DNA of 63,492 nt, counting the filler, from Atractiella rhizophila (lineage: Eukaryota): assembly GCA_021432655.1 (NCBI GenBank). It is 12 parts of 11 records of this genome, joined end to end, with 100 filler letters (N's around TTAATTAATTAA, not from the genome) between each part and the next. Parts side by side here need not be neighbours in the genome. Positions count along the whole stretch, not along the records: positions 1 to 6,278 come from MU272312.1; positions 6,379 to 12,651 come from MU272314.1; positions 12,752 to 19,021 come from MU272315.1; 9 more parts are not named here. The stretch is one strand, 5' to 3'. The stretch's first letter is position 1. Each line of letters opens with the position of its first letter. Below the pieces are notes generated by a model. It was not told the DNA's origin. It did not search any database and worked only from the letters and a program-made list of their open reading frames with translations. Position numbers and translations under genes: made by a program. This document shows positions 1 through 15,146 of this stretch, piece after piece.

Positions 1-368
1 GGGCAACTGGCCTTTGCGGTCGCCAATTGCGCTCTCAGCAATCCGACTCCCTGAGATTCAGACTGGTTGTAATTTGCCCCGCTAGCGGGGTAAGGCACGT
101 CGTAGATGGTAACAGATTGCCTGGTCTGACCATGGATGGCATTCTCTACTGCTCCAAGTCGTCCAGGTATGGTTTCATCTGACCCTCGCAGCGCTGTTCC
201 CATGTATCAGTATACGCGAGAAACCGAGATGCAGGGTTACGTGCACATTATCTTCACTGCGGTGCAGCCTTGTCGCTCTTCCAGTTTGGAGGCAGGGTCA
301 GCAGACGAAGCGCCGCTGCTGATTATGACGATGGAGAAAACGCAGATAAGAGAGCGAAGAGACACCAT
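1..368 (-). CDS. Secreted cutinase / acetylxylan esterase (CE5 family), N-terminal part, cut by window start
   Basis: Manual translation from ATG 368: signal-peptide-like MVSLRSLICVFSIVIISSGASSA, then GCTAVKIMSLRGSDETIPG...VPYPAS...YNQSESQGVGLLRAQLATAKASCP. This matches CE5 motifs C..ARGT.E, V.YPA, S...G, CP. Needs a 51-nt GC-AG intron (244..194). Not in the ORF track. Confidence 0.85.
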
Positions 369-2254
369 GTTGTCGTTTGCTCGTTGCGGTGCTGCAGAAT
401 AGGCGAGAGAGTCGCTTTTTATGCGTTTATCGTCTCCTTACAAGGAAAAATGGAAGAACCATGCTCCAGCTCCCTCATGAAGTCGAGGGTGTAGGCATGC
501 GGTCGTCCCACCATCGCATCACGACTTCTCATCGCTGGATGGGAAGTCATCTCTTCTGTCAGCTCGGAGTACTTGATACCTTGAGCACGGCGAAGCGAGG
601 AGATGTTGATCCGGTGGGGTTACCGGCTTTAGTGGGAGGAGCATGTTTGCACAATTGACAGCTGAAGCCATCGGGCTCGAGCTTGCATCCATCGGCTGCA
701 GCTGTACCGAGCAACGACTCCAAAGCGCCGATGGTCACCTCATCTTTTCAAGGAAGGCACGTTTGTCGTTGCGGACGCGGATACAGATGGGACCCTTGCT
801 GGCGCGCAAGGATCACTGCGTGGATGGACTGAATGGAGGACACAGGCCGCCGAGTCGCGAGAGTGGGACTGAATATACTACTACCTCCTCGGAAGCTAGC
901 ATTAGCATGTGACCCCCTCGCTTCTCCACGATACTTGTGACATTGGATCAAGCACCAGTCCTGTGGAAGTGAGGCATGTCGAGTCGACCGTGTATTCGGT
1001 TGAATTGAGCGAGAGGTTGGGATAAATTACGGAGTAACCAATGCGGGACAAAGTTACGAATGATAATTGACCTAATCAAGCACCTCTCTTTCAAGACTTT
1101 TGCGCTCTAAAGATATTTCAATGTAAATGCGGAGAGGACAACGGGGACTCACTGTTGAAGGGCAGCGACATTGCAGCAGCAGTGCGGAGTTCTGCCACAT
1201 TATTTCTGACACTTCCTTGCAGAAGTCAGCTGGTTAAGGTCTCACAAGATACATGTGTCTGGGTTGCCAGACAAGAGGACTTTGTCCACGTTCCCATTCG
1301 CCCCCCTATCTCTTTGAGATTTTGTCGGGCTCAGTGCCAGTTTGTTATGAGGCAATGCAAGCATTCAACAATTTCCACTTTCAGGTAAAACCAGTGACGG
1401 TGGAAGTTATTTGCAGTCACAATATGAAAGGCGTGGAAACGACGAACATAAACATATCTGGACATGGAGTTGATGACGTGCATGCGAGGAACGGTTGGAA
1501 TCCTACCTAGCAGAGATGGTTATCATCAGGCATGATGTGAAGAGATTTGTACGCCTCCTCCCTTTGCTGCTCGTGGACCTTCTGGATGCCTCAATCGTAA
1601 GCCCAACAATGAGGCTGACGAAACCACTCAACATGCAAAGTTGGATTGAGGAAATATGACACCCCGAGAGCTCACGCAACAGCGAGAGCGGTCGCAGAAA
1701 CTGCTCAGATTGCTGTTCGCCACGCCGTTCTCATGGCGAAGTTACTCTCTTGATCAAAACAGCGGGATAACCTCTTTTAAGACTCTAAAGTATGGCCGAA
1801 CAAGCAAAAATACCCCGGATATCACTCCAGCTAGGTGATAAAGCGTCTCTCAGTGATGAGAATGCGCGAATCCTTCTATTGCGGACTTGACACACCACAG
1901 CCATACAACTTAGTGGGAGAACACCGCTCGCTGGCAAGACATAGAGACGGATTTCCGCTCTGTCATCCAAGGCACCCAATGCTAGAATAACAAAACACTC
2001 AGTCCCACTTCGAATTCGTTGTAAACTTGCTGACGAGGTAGGCCAGTCGGGTCGCACTCTAGCTGATCGCAGCGGAACTGGGAGTAGTAAATGCTTGAAC
2101 CTCTAGTTTTTGGGGTCTTTGGCTATGAGAGCTGTAAAAAATGGCTTGTGGCCAAAGTTCAATGAGGAAGGTAAAAGAGATTAAAGCACCGTCCTATCCT
2201 CAAACACTCTGTAAATAACATCTCTAAATCAATTCCTAGCCCACAATACATGAG

Positions 2255-2840
2255 CGTATCAAACTCAAAGAAGGCCCGATCCATCATGCTTGTTATACAA
2301 CTTACCGCGCGCTGCTGTTTTACATGTATTCAGGGCTCGTTCTTTACACCGCCTAATAGAGGGACTTAAAGTTGATACATATTGACGTAGGAAAATTGAC
2401 TTCGCACCGCTAAAATCAAGGAGCAAAGCACTGGGAATATGCTCCATTGCTCGCAACAAAGAAGTTGACGAGGATGTCACAATTGCGGACACGTTTTCTC
2501 ATGGTTACATACCATCTGCCTTCTCAAGCCAGTGTTTGGTGGCCTGAAACGTGCGATGGCTCACTTTTTTTTCCCTCATTTTCCCTCAGCACTAACGTGA
2601 TGCGGTGGCGCAGAGCACTATCTGAAGGTTTCTCAGAAATCAATGTACAAAGCTTGCGCACGATGGGGACTTTCCTGCTTTGAAACCGGAAAGCTGATGT
2701 TCAGTGAAGCATATGGCAGTGATCACCTCAAAGGTCTCGCCTTGCAGAGTATTGTGGACCAATTTACGCCGGATAACATCTTGATCGAAGTGAATTCACA
2801 GTTTTCAGCCAGGTATGAAGAGATTCGAGCAAAAGAGGGT
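2255..2840 (+). pseudogene. Decayed BTB/POZ-domain gene fragment
   Basis: YTTYRALLFYMYSG (~2294-2340) and AYGSDHLKGLALQSIVDQFTPDNILIEVNSQFSARYEEI (~2710-2825) match the fungal BTB domain and its downstream helical region. No intact frame joins them. Confidence 0.6.
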
Positions 2841-3359
2841 GAAGAATTGGGTTCGTGCATCGGCCTGTTAGCACTTGCTAATTCGACGTTGCTGCAGCAA
2901 AATGTTGTCCAAAGCCCAGTGCACTATCATCTCAAACTTGAGCACATCAGTATCGATTATGAGCTGTTCACTGAGACCATGGCTGAATCCAGGAGGTTGA
3001 TGAGGATGAGGATGAATTCATATTATAGACCTTTCTGCGACCTGTTTGGTCATGAAGCTCTTCTTATGGACGAATAACGACAAGGAACGGGACCATCTCT
3101 TCCTCCAACTACCATCTGCTCTACTTCCTCTCCTTTTTTGTACCATTTCCTTTCCTGCTCCATATCTTCTTTCGTAGAATTTGGCAAGCACTAAAATAGC
3201 TTGACACAGCGAAGGGCTGAGCGATATAATATCTACGGCAGAACCCCCAATAACAGCTTTGCCAGTACGTTCGTCAGATTAATCATTTATGTCCTTCTCA
3301 TTAGGACCAAACTTCGGTTCCTTTGAAACATAGCTCCATTTCCTTTTCGTCAAAATATT

Positions 3360-4075
3360 TCATTCTACAAAGAGAAACCGTCCTGACAACGCGCCGATGA
3401 CAATCATTAGAATCACTGCGTATTTATGGTTAGCCTTGTAGAGTGCAACAAGAGTGACTACATAGACGACAGCCACCGTCGCATCGTAGGATAGCGTCCG
3501 GGCGGTGTCTTCCGTGCTTGATTCTTGTCGAGGTATGGCACCGACACAAGCTTTAAGAAACTGAAGAGCAGTGATAGCTATAACCCCCACAACTGCCCCA
3601 CCGATGCCGTCAAAGAAGCGGATAAAAACTATCACTATGTAAGTATGGGCTACACAGGTTGCGGATAAATGGTTACCCTGTTGCGACATAATCTTTCGAG
3701 TAAATCATGACCAGCTATTGTAAATAGAAAACATGGGAAGAACATGCCCAGGGTGATGACCGTGGCACCCGAAAAGCCGTATCCAACACCTTGAAATCCG
3801 ACAAATGTTGCAAAATGACCAAAGGGGCGGGAATGATATTTCCAATTGCAATACCATCAAGGAAGAGACTCTGGGGTAGCCATGTACCAAGGAGGACAGC
3901 TTCAGCTTGGATGAACGGAATAGCAGTGTATGCACCTCCAAATGACAAGCTTCCGGCGATGAGCCCTAGAGCGAAAAGGTGGACTGTATCCGGAATCCGA
4001 GCAACGCCAACAGCGAGAGCAATAGGTGTTGCGACGCCTTTAAAGACGACATAGACGGTGTAAACAACATCAGCA
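3360..4075 (-). pseudogene. Chromate ion transporter (CHR family), C-terminal half, 5'-truncated with apparent frameshifts
   Basis: LGLIAGSLSFGGAYTAIPF...FLDGIAIGNIIPAPLVI; after a 1-nt shift near 3812, FATFVGFQG...GMFFPCFLFTIAGHDLLE; intron; then FFDGIGGAVVGVIAITA...RFLFVE*. No N-terminal CHR repeat upstream. Confidence 0.8.
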
Positions 4076-4607
4076 GTTTCTGAGCAGTGACTATGGCGCA
4101 ATGGGCGCTATGATAGCTCGTAGGGATTTTGTCACCTTGGCTCTATAGTAGAGCCCTTGCTGTCGTATTATAGTCCTATATCCTATGCCTACACAATAAG
4201 CCCACAAAGTAAAGAGTTCGTGTGATGGTGTAGTTGGCGTATGGTTGGTGGTTCAGTTTTGACTGATTGGTGCTGGTGTGTGTTTGAATGTCAGTCATGT
4301 CACATTTTGTCACTGCCAAATCCTGTTGTGTGCAAACTGTGTGCACGCGATTTCTTCAGGGCTTTCTGTGATTTCTCAGGTCATGCACCAAAAACTGTTG
4401 TTTGCCAACTATGAGGGAAAGTGAGCAAGCATTCATGCAAGTGAAAAAGTTTCTTTCACAACAAATATGCTTCCTAACAGTCTACCATAGTATCTCTGAG
4501 CCCGTTAGCATCAAATCAAATCAAGCGAAAAAAGCATAGGTGTGTGGACTCTGGCTTATATATTCTTCACTCATATCATTTTGTTATGTGCAGCAAGCTA
4601 CACTCTC

Positions 4608-5030
4608 ATGCCACTTGCAATTCAGAGAAATCAAACAAGAAATCGAGAGAGCCGATCCAAACGGCATAAATCTCTGCAGCAGGAGGCAACACTACACCAC
4701 GGTCAACCTGTAAGAGAGAGGCGACGCCCTGCACGTTTTAATCCTACTCCACCTACTCCACCTCAACATGAGACAAGATCACCAGCTCGACCACATCGGA
4801 GACAGCGTTCACCCTCCCTTGAGGAGTATAGTGAAGAAGAAGCCCAATCATACCCATCCTCTCCTGATCCTGATGGTGTGGACAGTGATGAGGATAGGGC
4901 ATTAATCCCGTTGTTGTGAGGCAAAATAAGGCAACATCACTATCCTGCATTCAACTACTCACCTGATATAGATCTTGGGGCACACCACCTCTCTACTTGG
5001 GGATCACTTCGTACACATTGCAAACGGATG
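4608..5030 (+). mobile_element. Possible Helitron Rep/helicase N-terminal remnant
   Basis: Arg/Pro/acidic low-complexity ORF interrupted by TGA at 4917-4919. It continues in frame into PAFNYSPDIDLGAHHLSTWGSLRTHC, which resembles the AF.YDP.IDY..H...IG.M...C motif before the Helitron zinc finger. No termini identified. Confidence 0.35.
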
Positions 5031-5192
5031 AAAGTCCCTTTCGGCCTCGTGTTTCGTATGTCGATCCCTTATACACTTTCTTGAACATTGATCGTTTGAT
5101 CCTTATCAGTAGTGTTCTATAATCCCAACGACTGCCCAACCTTGAAGGCGGCCAACCTCATCGTCTAGCTTCTAGAGGTGCAACACTGCCAG

Positions 5193-5550
5193 CGACCGTG
5201 GAACAGTGAAGTGCTTCACGCAGTGGTGGCTTAGTATCAAGGTTGAGCATGGCTGCGAGTTCTGTCTGAACTGTGAATCTCTTTTGACGTTTGCAGGAGC
5301 GCGAAACAGTGCCAGTGAGCTTGCCTTTGAATGCTAAAATTCAAGGAACGATATGCCAATAATTTGTCGCCTCAGAGTTCGGCTCTTCCTGTACTCCACG
5401 TAAATTCATCTTCGTCTTTTACCTCCTACCATGGACTCAGACTGAAGATTGGGCCATCATTAGACGATGGCAGATGCTTGGTTGTGGTCAAAATTGGCCG
5501 CACTCTCGAAGGCAGGTCCGACACGACGTCAAAATCGTTTAGAATACAGT
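5193..5550 (+). pseudogene. Decayed two-repeat Myb/SANT gene fragment
   Basis: Collinear pieces across frames and introns: RPWNSE..AW, SAKQC/ERYANNLSP, PWTQTEDWAIIRRWQMLG, VKIGRTLEGRSD. These match Myb R2/R3 consensus and contain stops and frameshifts. Confidence 0.55.
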
Positions 5551-6278
5551 TCATCTTTCTTTGTTTTCGACATTATATGCAATTCACGCTCACAAAATGT
5601 TAGCAAATTACGGGGAACGGTGGAGAGCATTGCCGCCATTACCGCAATATTCTGGAGCTCTTCAATGACAAGTCTAGCTCGTGTCCCTCGGGGAGAAGTC
5701 ACCTGACTCAGTCGTGAAAACAATTTTTTTCATGTCTCAAAATGGTCTTTGCTGCATACGCTTCGAAAGGCGCCGACACGCGTATTCTGGTGGTATACTC
5801 AGAATTCTGAAAAGGGTTGTTGTGGGCTGTGATATAAGCGCACAAAAGTACATTCGTGAGTCATGGTCAATCCGTCATGCTTTGCCTCCCACGAGCGATT
5901 GAACAATTCCAACAAAACCAACTCTCCAACACAACCCACCGACTAGCATGCCCCAGAAAGGCCCCAACCCCCCAAGAGGGTGGAAAGGCCAACTCTGGAC
6001 CTGGGAAAGGAGGGGAACTGCGAGTAGAATTTGCTCCAACTTCTACTCGCCTCCCCACCGCTCCCCAAAATCAGCACTCCATGAGTGCCAACAAAGGAGG
6101 AATAATGAGAAATAGCCAGAGGCTATCGACGAAAGCGACGGAGGAGGAAGGGTCACCGGTACACACCTCCTTGACATGAGTGCTTCGAACCGAGAGTCTA
6201 TTCCACCTCTTTCCATCCATGGCACCCCTTCCTTTCCAAGAGTTGTAGACATTCTGGGCATTGATGAAGAGACCCAGA

Positions 6279-6378
6279 NNNNNNNNNNNNNNNNNNNNNN
6301 NNNNNNNNNNNNNNNNNNNNNNTTAATTAATTAANNNNNNNNNNNNNNNNNNNNNNNNNNNNNNNNNNNNNNNNNNNN
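6279..6378. other. Artificial 100-nt contig linker N44-TTAATTAATTAA-N44 (first of 11; others start at 12652, 19022, 20572, 23905, 30249, 36588, 42927, 49257, 55565, 61840)
   Basis: Identical length and core each time, with stops in all six frames. Genes are cut at the linkers and do not continue across them. Confidence 0.98.
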
Positions 6379-8808
6379 CTGTGCCCTATTGGTCCAAAGC
6401 GCGATTCCCACATTTCCAACATGGGTAGAAGCGAGAAAATCACCTGTTGGTGAAAAGGCAATCGACGTAGGCACAGAAGGGGTTCGAAAGGCATCCACAA
6501 GGTGACCGGTTGGGATATCAAAAGTGCGGATGACAGAGTCCATAGAGGCAGTGATTAGCCAACGTGAGTCGTGCGAGAATGCCTGCAACCAAGTCAAGCG
6601 CTTCCGTACACGATAGTGAAGAGGTACAAAGTACCGCATCCAAAATGCGACCGTGAAATCCCCCAAATTCTCGAACAACCTTCCGCGTTTCGATGTCTAT
6701 CAAGCGTACTTTGAAATCGTCGCAGACGATCAAAAGCAAACCATTCTCTCTCTTCAGGGAGGTCTTCGAGATCCCGGCCCCGACACTTATGGTCCCTACC
6801 ACACTCGCTGAATGGAAATCAAACCACTGACTCCACTTTTGTTACATCTTCGCCCCAAGGAGTGAGTGCAGAACTTACGGCAATAGTTCCATTTGTGGTC
6901 GCAGCAATGACATTTTTGTTAAGCCCGTCAGTCTCAACTCCGACGACGACCGCCGTAGTCCCAGCTGGAAGGGAGAAGGTCCTCCGCTTGATGCCGCTCT
7001 GCATGTTCCACATACCGACCTCTCCATCACCACCCACCAATCCAAAGTTCCCACAAGCCGTAACATTCACGCACTAGTCCCAATGAGTCGTCTGCAGAGA
7101 GTTAGTGGACAAGAATGCTAACACGTGCTGGGAGTCCGTTGAGAACTTTTTTTGGTAAAACGTGTAAGCCTTTCCTTCTCGAGTCTATTGTCCAACTTTG
7201 GGCCTGTTGGCGCCCAAGATGAGAAGTGAGGATGTCGTCCCACTCTTTCGCCCTTGTGGGCGAGAACGCTATTGAAGTAACTGCAGGGAGCCTAAGGGTG
7301 CCCAGAGAGATGTGTAACTTCTTCGCTGATTTCTCAATGCTCCCTAATCTTTCGTTATTTCTGTTTATGAAGTATGGGAAGCCATACCCTGGCTGAGTTC
7401 CGAGCTACGTGTATCACGCACTAACGAGACGTAACGCAGCTGCCCATCGCCACCCGCAGACAACAGAATGCGTCCATCCTCGCCGTAGAAGCGGATGAGA
7501 TGAGGAGGAGCTGAATGGCCACTCCTCTGTTTCAGTAATCGCGGTACATCGGGAGTGTCCAGGTTCCATTCCTACACCAGCCTGTCAATACTGTTATGGC
7601 GGTGTCAAAAACGAGAAAAATTACTTTGAGGCTATTATCACTACCGCTACTCAGGAGCACAGGTTGTCCGGGCACAAAATGGATTCTGGCAATTGGTCCA
7701 GTATGTGCCTCTCTGAGAGTATGAAGTATACGCGGCCGTCCTTCTAGGGAATAGATAGTGATTGTCCCATTGGAAGAAGCCGTGGCTAGGATCTGAGAAT
7801 GTTCGCCTGACTTCATGTTTAGACAATATTTCATATTACATAGGAACACCAACCGTCTCTGAACGCAATAGAGGAAATAGAACCTTCATTCGAGAGTGGA
7901 AGAGTAAGAAGGGTCTCCCCTAAGCGCACGTCCTGGATTGTTACTTGCCCATTTGCGAATCCTAGAGCTAGAAGATCCACAGCGGGGGACTGAGAAATTG
8001 CGCATATCGCGGAGGGGGCAGGGAGCAGATCTGAGGGTATGAAGGTGTGTAGCAGCATCCTAAATAACCATTCAAGGTATTTTCGGGGAAGATGGAAAAG
8101 ACAAACAGAGTCTGAACGTTCCAAATTGCCAGTGTGCCAGATGAACTGGATACTGCAACTTTGTTCAAATAGGTGGAAGGATGGACGATGTCGGACGCGC
8201 GGAAGGATGGACCAAAATCAATGACACGAGCTGCTTCGTCGGCTATACCATCTTCAATCTGGAGTCCACACCGCATGAGGAGAATTTGCGCACAATCCAT
8301 GTCCCAGATGTACATCCTACGTCCTTCATCTTCAAGCGCAACCATCGTGCTTCCGAAGATGATGAATTTTGCCAACAGCTCTCCTTCTTCATCTAACTCG
8401 AATCTCTTTACCCTCTCGCCCCTGACAAACATGTCGACGCCTCCTTTCCCGCTCGCCCATACTGACCCTCTGCCTTCAGAGTTACATTCGAGGTGCTTGA
8501 TTTCCCTCCCAACATTCACTTCAAACAACGCCTGCTCAACCTCGGTTCGTCATTGTAAGAAAGGGCTCACCAACACCGAGCAAACGCAAATCCCTAACGT
8601 TCCATTCTAGATAGGACTGTCCAGCGGAAGTTACAAGCTTGTTTCCATCGCTGGAGAGCGCAAATGGCACTCCTTCATTAGTGACAAGTCCAATTAGCCG
8701 GAAAGGCGAAAAGAGGCTGGTCGAGCTAGTACCAAGCGGTGGGGGGGTAAGAGACGGAGTGGGGAGCAGTCGAGGCTTCTTTGAGGGTCTGTGGCTATCT
8801 ATTTCCAT
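6379..8808 (-). CDS. UTP21: U3 snoRNA-associated WD40 protein Utp21/WDR36, multi-exon, 3'-truncated by linker
   Basis: SLFSPFRLIGLVTNEGVPF, HPSTYLNKV, QSPAVDLLALG, VTACGNFGLVG, IDIETRKVVREF, FSHDSRWLITASMDSVIRTFDIPTGHLVDAF, FSPTGDFLASTHVGNVGIALWTNR. Confidence 0.95.
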
Positions 8809-8987
8809 GATTGAGACCCAAAGTTGAGGAGCAGAAAAATTTCAAGGCGAGATCGGGACAGTGAAATAAAGTTATCCTTGTAACTCTATTCTGATTCCAT
8901 ATTGTTCATCACAAATGCGGGAGGGTCTGTAACACCTTCATTGGCCCAGCTATTCCTGTACACCAACGTGAAGCATTATAGCTAAAC

Positions 8988-10137
8988 ATGTCCAACAATG
9001 GGTCCTCGTATTTGGCATTGCAGAAGTCGCTCTCGCTCTTTCTCCTCAGCGCAGGATTCCAATCCTCTTCCACCGAAGCATTAGCACTTCTTGTGCATCT
9101 TACAAATTTTTGTGGGCCCTTCAGTTCTCGCTGTATACTGTAAGCACACTGAAAACCATGCAGATATCGAGAACCTATCACTGAGCACGAAGAACTATAC
9201 AGAACACGCAGGACGCGCTATTCCAACAACAAAGGATGTTATTAGAGCCGTGGAAGGAATGGGAGTCGCAACACCTGATGAGTTGCTACTTTTCCTGGAG
9301 AACGCCGGTTTATATATTTTTCCCTTCCTTTATATTGATCTCATGGAGGAAGCACAGAATCGAACATCGAAGCCGACTTCTCCATCCAAATTTCGGAGGA
9401 ACCTTCGACACGCAATCTCCTCTCTCCTCCTTCCACATCCACTTCCAAACCGCCTGCCTCTATCCTCTTCTCCCTCGACACGGAATCATCCCTCACGCCT
9501 CAGCAGAAGCAGGAGAGAGATCTGTTACTCCTAGGTTTAGGTGGGAGGGGTTTGGAGATGCTCCCGCCTCTGCCGGAACGATACACCTGGGGAGGAACAG
9601 GAGTTTGTCTTTCTCTGCTTCTTGCAATGCAGCCCTAATAAAGCTGAACGAAAGGTATACCCCTTACCTTCGTTTCTCGACCTGTCAACATCCTCAGACC
9701 GCGAAACAGAGAAAAATAACGAGCCTCGTTTGCTCACTCCGTCAATGTCCAAAAACTCGTCCATAATGTCGAAAGATCCCTCCATAGATTCCAAATCCCG
9801 ATCTTCCCTGCAGAAGGACTCCTTTGGTCGTGTAGACCGGTCGATATCTATGCTAGAAGCGCGGCGGGAGAACGCGCATCTCGTAGCCGAGACGCTGGAG
9901 CGATTGGTCAAGTCGACATCGGCTTTCAAAAGCAAGATGGAGACTGTGATGGAGGTCGATTCAGATGGAAGGGAAGCCAGGAATGACGGAAATGTGGATG
10001 TGGTTGACTGGGAGAGAGTGTGGTATGGCCACATTAATTCGAGAGACGCGTTGGGGGTTCTGGGAGACGCCAGTGAAGGGATACCGGATGAACGGAAGGG
10101 AGGGGAGAAGAGGAAAAAACGGAAATGGAAGATTTAA
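8988..10137 (+). CDS. TAF8: TFIID subunit TAF8 (bromodomain-associated histone fold plus TAF8_C)
   Basis: Spliced reading: MSNNGSSYLALQKSLSLFLLSAGFQSSSTEALALL...YTEHAGRAIPTTKDVIRAVEGMGV...EMLPPLPERYTW...HLVAETLERLV; ends KRKKRKWKI*. Confidence 0.75.
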
Positions 10138-10396
10138 GCTGATTATTGTCTCTCTATTCGTATGTTTGTGCTGTTTATGACAGGAGTGATCAATTTCATG
10201 CGTCATATTACTCTTTCTTGTTCTATCCTTCCTGCTTTCTCCTACACCTCGACCTTGCCTATAGGCTATAAGTCGCTTAAAGTCAGCAAGCCTCTCATCA
10301 GCCACTTGCAACCTGAAATAAATGGGCGAGGCACAAACTCGACCAACCAACATTTCTGTCACCATTCGCCAATCGGCTTCTTTCCATTAAACGACC

Positions 10397-12495
<2,099 letters not shown>

Positions 12496-12856
12496 GTTAG
12501 ACCCTGTAAAATTAATATTATTCCTTCCCAGTATCACGAATGCACAAGAATTGGAGCTGCACTTTCTTAACACCTTTCTGGGTCTTCATATTAACCCTCG
12601 AGCGCAACACAACTCCCTTATATATTCGTCTGGATATGAGATTCAGCTTGCNNNNNNNNNNNNNNNNNNNNNNNNNNNNNNNNNNNNNNNNNNNNTTAAT
12701 TAATTAANNNNNNNNNNNNNNNNNNNNNNNNNNNNNNNNNNNNNNNNNNNNGGAGACGGTGCGTTTTGCCTGGTCTGTTCTATCTTCACCGATTCGGGGC
12801 AACCAGCTTACGAGACACTGAGCTAGTAGGCAGATTATGATTCTATTCCCATAAGC

Positions 12857-13392
12857 ATGCCTCCGAAAGATTTACCGTCAGCTACATGGCCAGAAATAAG
12901 GACGCCTCCAGAAGGCTTTGGCGAGGAGGAAGGAGAGGAAGAGGCGGAAACCTGGCGACGAGCGTGCGTACTTGCCACTCTGTAGATGGATTTGGGATTG
13001 AAAAGTATTCTGGGAGAAGAAACGAAACTGCCTCGTCGAATATCGCTCTTTCGACGACTGGAAACGTCAAGGCCCCGCCTCCGGACGCATTTGCTCCTGC
13101 TTTCAAGATCTTGAGGCGCGCACCACCCCAACCAACCCCTCGTATCAATCCTTCTCACGACTCGAAGGGCCAGAAGACGTTGGAAGAACGACAAGCCGAA
13201 TATGATTCTGCTCGAATCCGAATTTTTGGGGAAGGTTCGCAAGCTGCAGCAGAGAAGGAAAGAGACGCCATTGCCGGGAAGAGAGATAAGAAAGCTCCTG
13301 CTGGATCTCATGTACCTTCAGGATCTGATGGAATCATCAGAGAACCAAAGGGACCCGCAAACCTGAGTGATAAAGGGTTCAAAAGGAAATGA
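12857..13392 (+). CDS. SUZ / SUZ-C domain RNA-binding protein (SZRD1-like)
   Basis: PAFKILRR, KTLEERQAEYDSARIRIFG (SUZ), IIREPKGP...KGF (SUZ-C). One intron near 12964-13019; start codon uncertain. Confidence 0.8.
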
Positions 13393-13801
13393 CATCTTTG
13401 TATACTGAAGCTCTGCAATGACACGAATTTGTCGCGGATCTACTTACTTTCCACAGCAGCTCGCTTCATCCAGGTTGAAGCATCTCTGCAGGTTTTCGAA
13501 AAATTCAATGCTGAGCTGAAGTACAAGGCGACTGAGCATTGCGCCGTGTTCATCATCATCGCACAACTACTTTCTATTTTGTGCAACCTTTTGTTGTGAG
13601 CACGGTGTTGTCATTAATTCTTCAACTTCAACGCCTCAGTGGCAATATCCGCGATCCTGCTCATACAAATACTTACGCCTGCAGACTGCAGCTCTCTTTG
13701 TCTGCGTCCGTCGTTTGGGCTGTACGTTTCCAATCCTGATTGATAAATACCGCGGGTCGAGCTGAAGCGGTCTGAGCTCCCCCTCCTACTTCTTTGACGG
13801 A

Positions 13802-15146
13802 ATGCAAACTCAAGGCAGAAATTACGAGTTCGCTGACAAAGCTCGGGTCTTCACTGTTATTCTCGCTTCTCCGATCCCTAATGCACATCCAACCTACGTT
13901 GCGGGAGCAACAATATCTGGGACCGTAATATTCAACCTTAACGAGCCACAAAAGTTGCGGGAGATCTCATTGACGCTTCGAGGGAAGACCAGAAGCGCGT
14001 TAACAGTTACTCAACACCAAATCGAGTCCGATGGTAAAAGTCAGACGAGGCAGGAGAGGAGGTCTGAGGAATGTGATATCATCAATTTGAAGATGGCGCT
14101 ATGGGATGAAAGGAACCTGCAAGGCTTCAGGATGGATGGGGAGAAGCTTGCGGCACAGACGTCTGACCTTTTATTCAATCCTTCGGCCCTGAACTTTTTC
14201 AGCTGACTATTTCCACAGATATTCCTTCCCATTCTCTATCCAAGTCCCTTTAGCTCCACAATTTGGAGGTCCGGGCATTCCTCCTAGTTTTCACGGATTC
14301 GCAGACAATCACGATCAATTTGTGCTCTATTATCTGAAGGTTGAAGGCGATCGCGTTGGTTTGCACTTCGACCACAAACTTCGCGTGCCTGTTCTCGTCT
14401 CCCCTATCCCCCCAGGTCCGGTTTGGCGAAGTCCTATGTTCCTCGAGGCCACGTCGCGAGGCCAGTTCCCTCCAGGACCTGATTTTGATCCGCAAGGATG
14501 GACCATTTCTGAGCACGAGATGCATCTGAAAGGGACCTTCAGGCAAACCTTAGCTCATATTGGAGTGAAGGTAATGACATATTTCATACCGAAAGGAATT
14601 ATGTCTAACAGTAGTGGCAAACAGTTCGCCCTTCCCAATGCTCCAATATATCTGATTGGCTCTACTTTGCCATTCATTCTCATGCTCGACCTTCACGACG
14701 GAAAGAAAGACGACAAAGTCATCAAGAAGATTGAGTTGTCTTTCCGCCAGACGCTCACAGTTTCCGTGTCTCATCCCAGCAGACGTGAAACTCATTCCAC
14801 CTCCGTTCTCTCTCCGACGATACGAAATGTTGAAGTTGAGGGCAGAAGCGTAAGCCTTGATGAGATGTTTTTTCACACGAGAGATAGGACCAAACGAGTT
14901 ATGGGAGATTTCAATTTGGGGCAATATCCATTATCTCCTGACTTTTCTACTCCAAATTTGACGTTGACCGTATGTAGTGCTTCACCTTCAAGGGATTGCG
15001 CTAACAACATGCTGCAACAGTGGCACATCAATCTCGATTTTGACGTCCCAGGATTAGGAAATGACGAGAAAATGAACATTCCAATTACCCTGGCACCTTT
15101 TCCAGAAGGCATGACGATGACGCCACAATACGCTGCTGCATGTTGA
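13802..15146 (+). CDS. Arrestin-like (Arrestin_N fold) protein
   Basis: PTYVAGATISGTVIFNL..LREISLTLRGK, YSFPFSIQVP..IPPSF, YYLKV, PDFSTPNLTLT/WHINL. At least two short introns; 3' end uncertain. Confidence 0.75.

Noticed and set aside
4220..4260. tRNA A-box-like TGGTGTAGTTGG
   Set aside because: No B-box, T-arm or cloverleaf follows.
9537..10034. Long antisense ORFs overlapping real genes (also 29447-29884, 35417-35803, 53123-53560)
   Set aside because: Shadow frames of coding sequence with no recognisable motifs.
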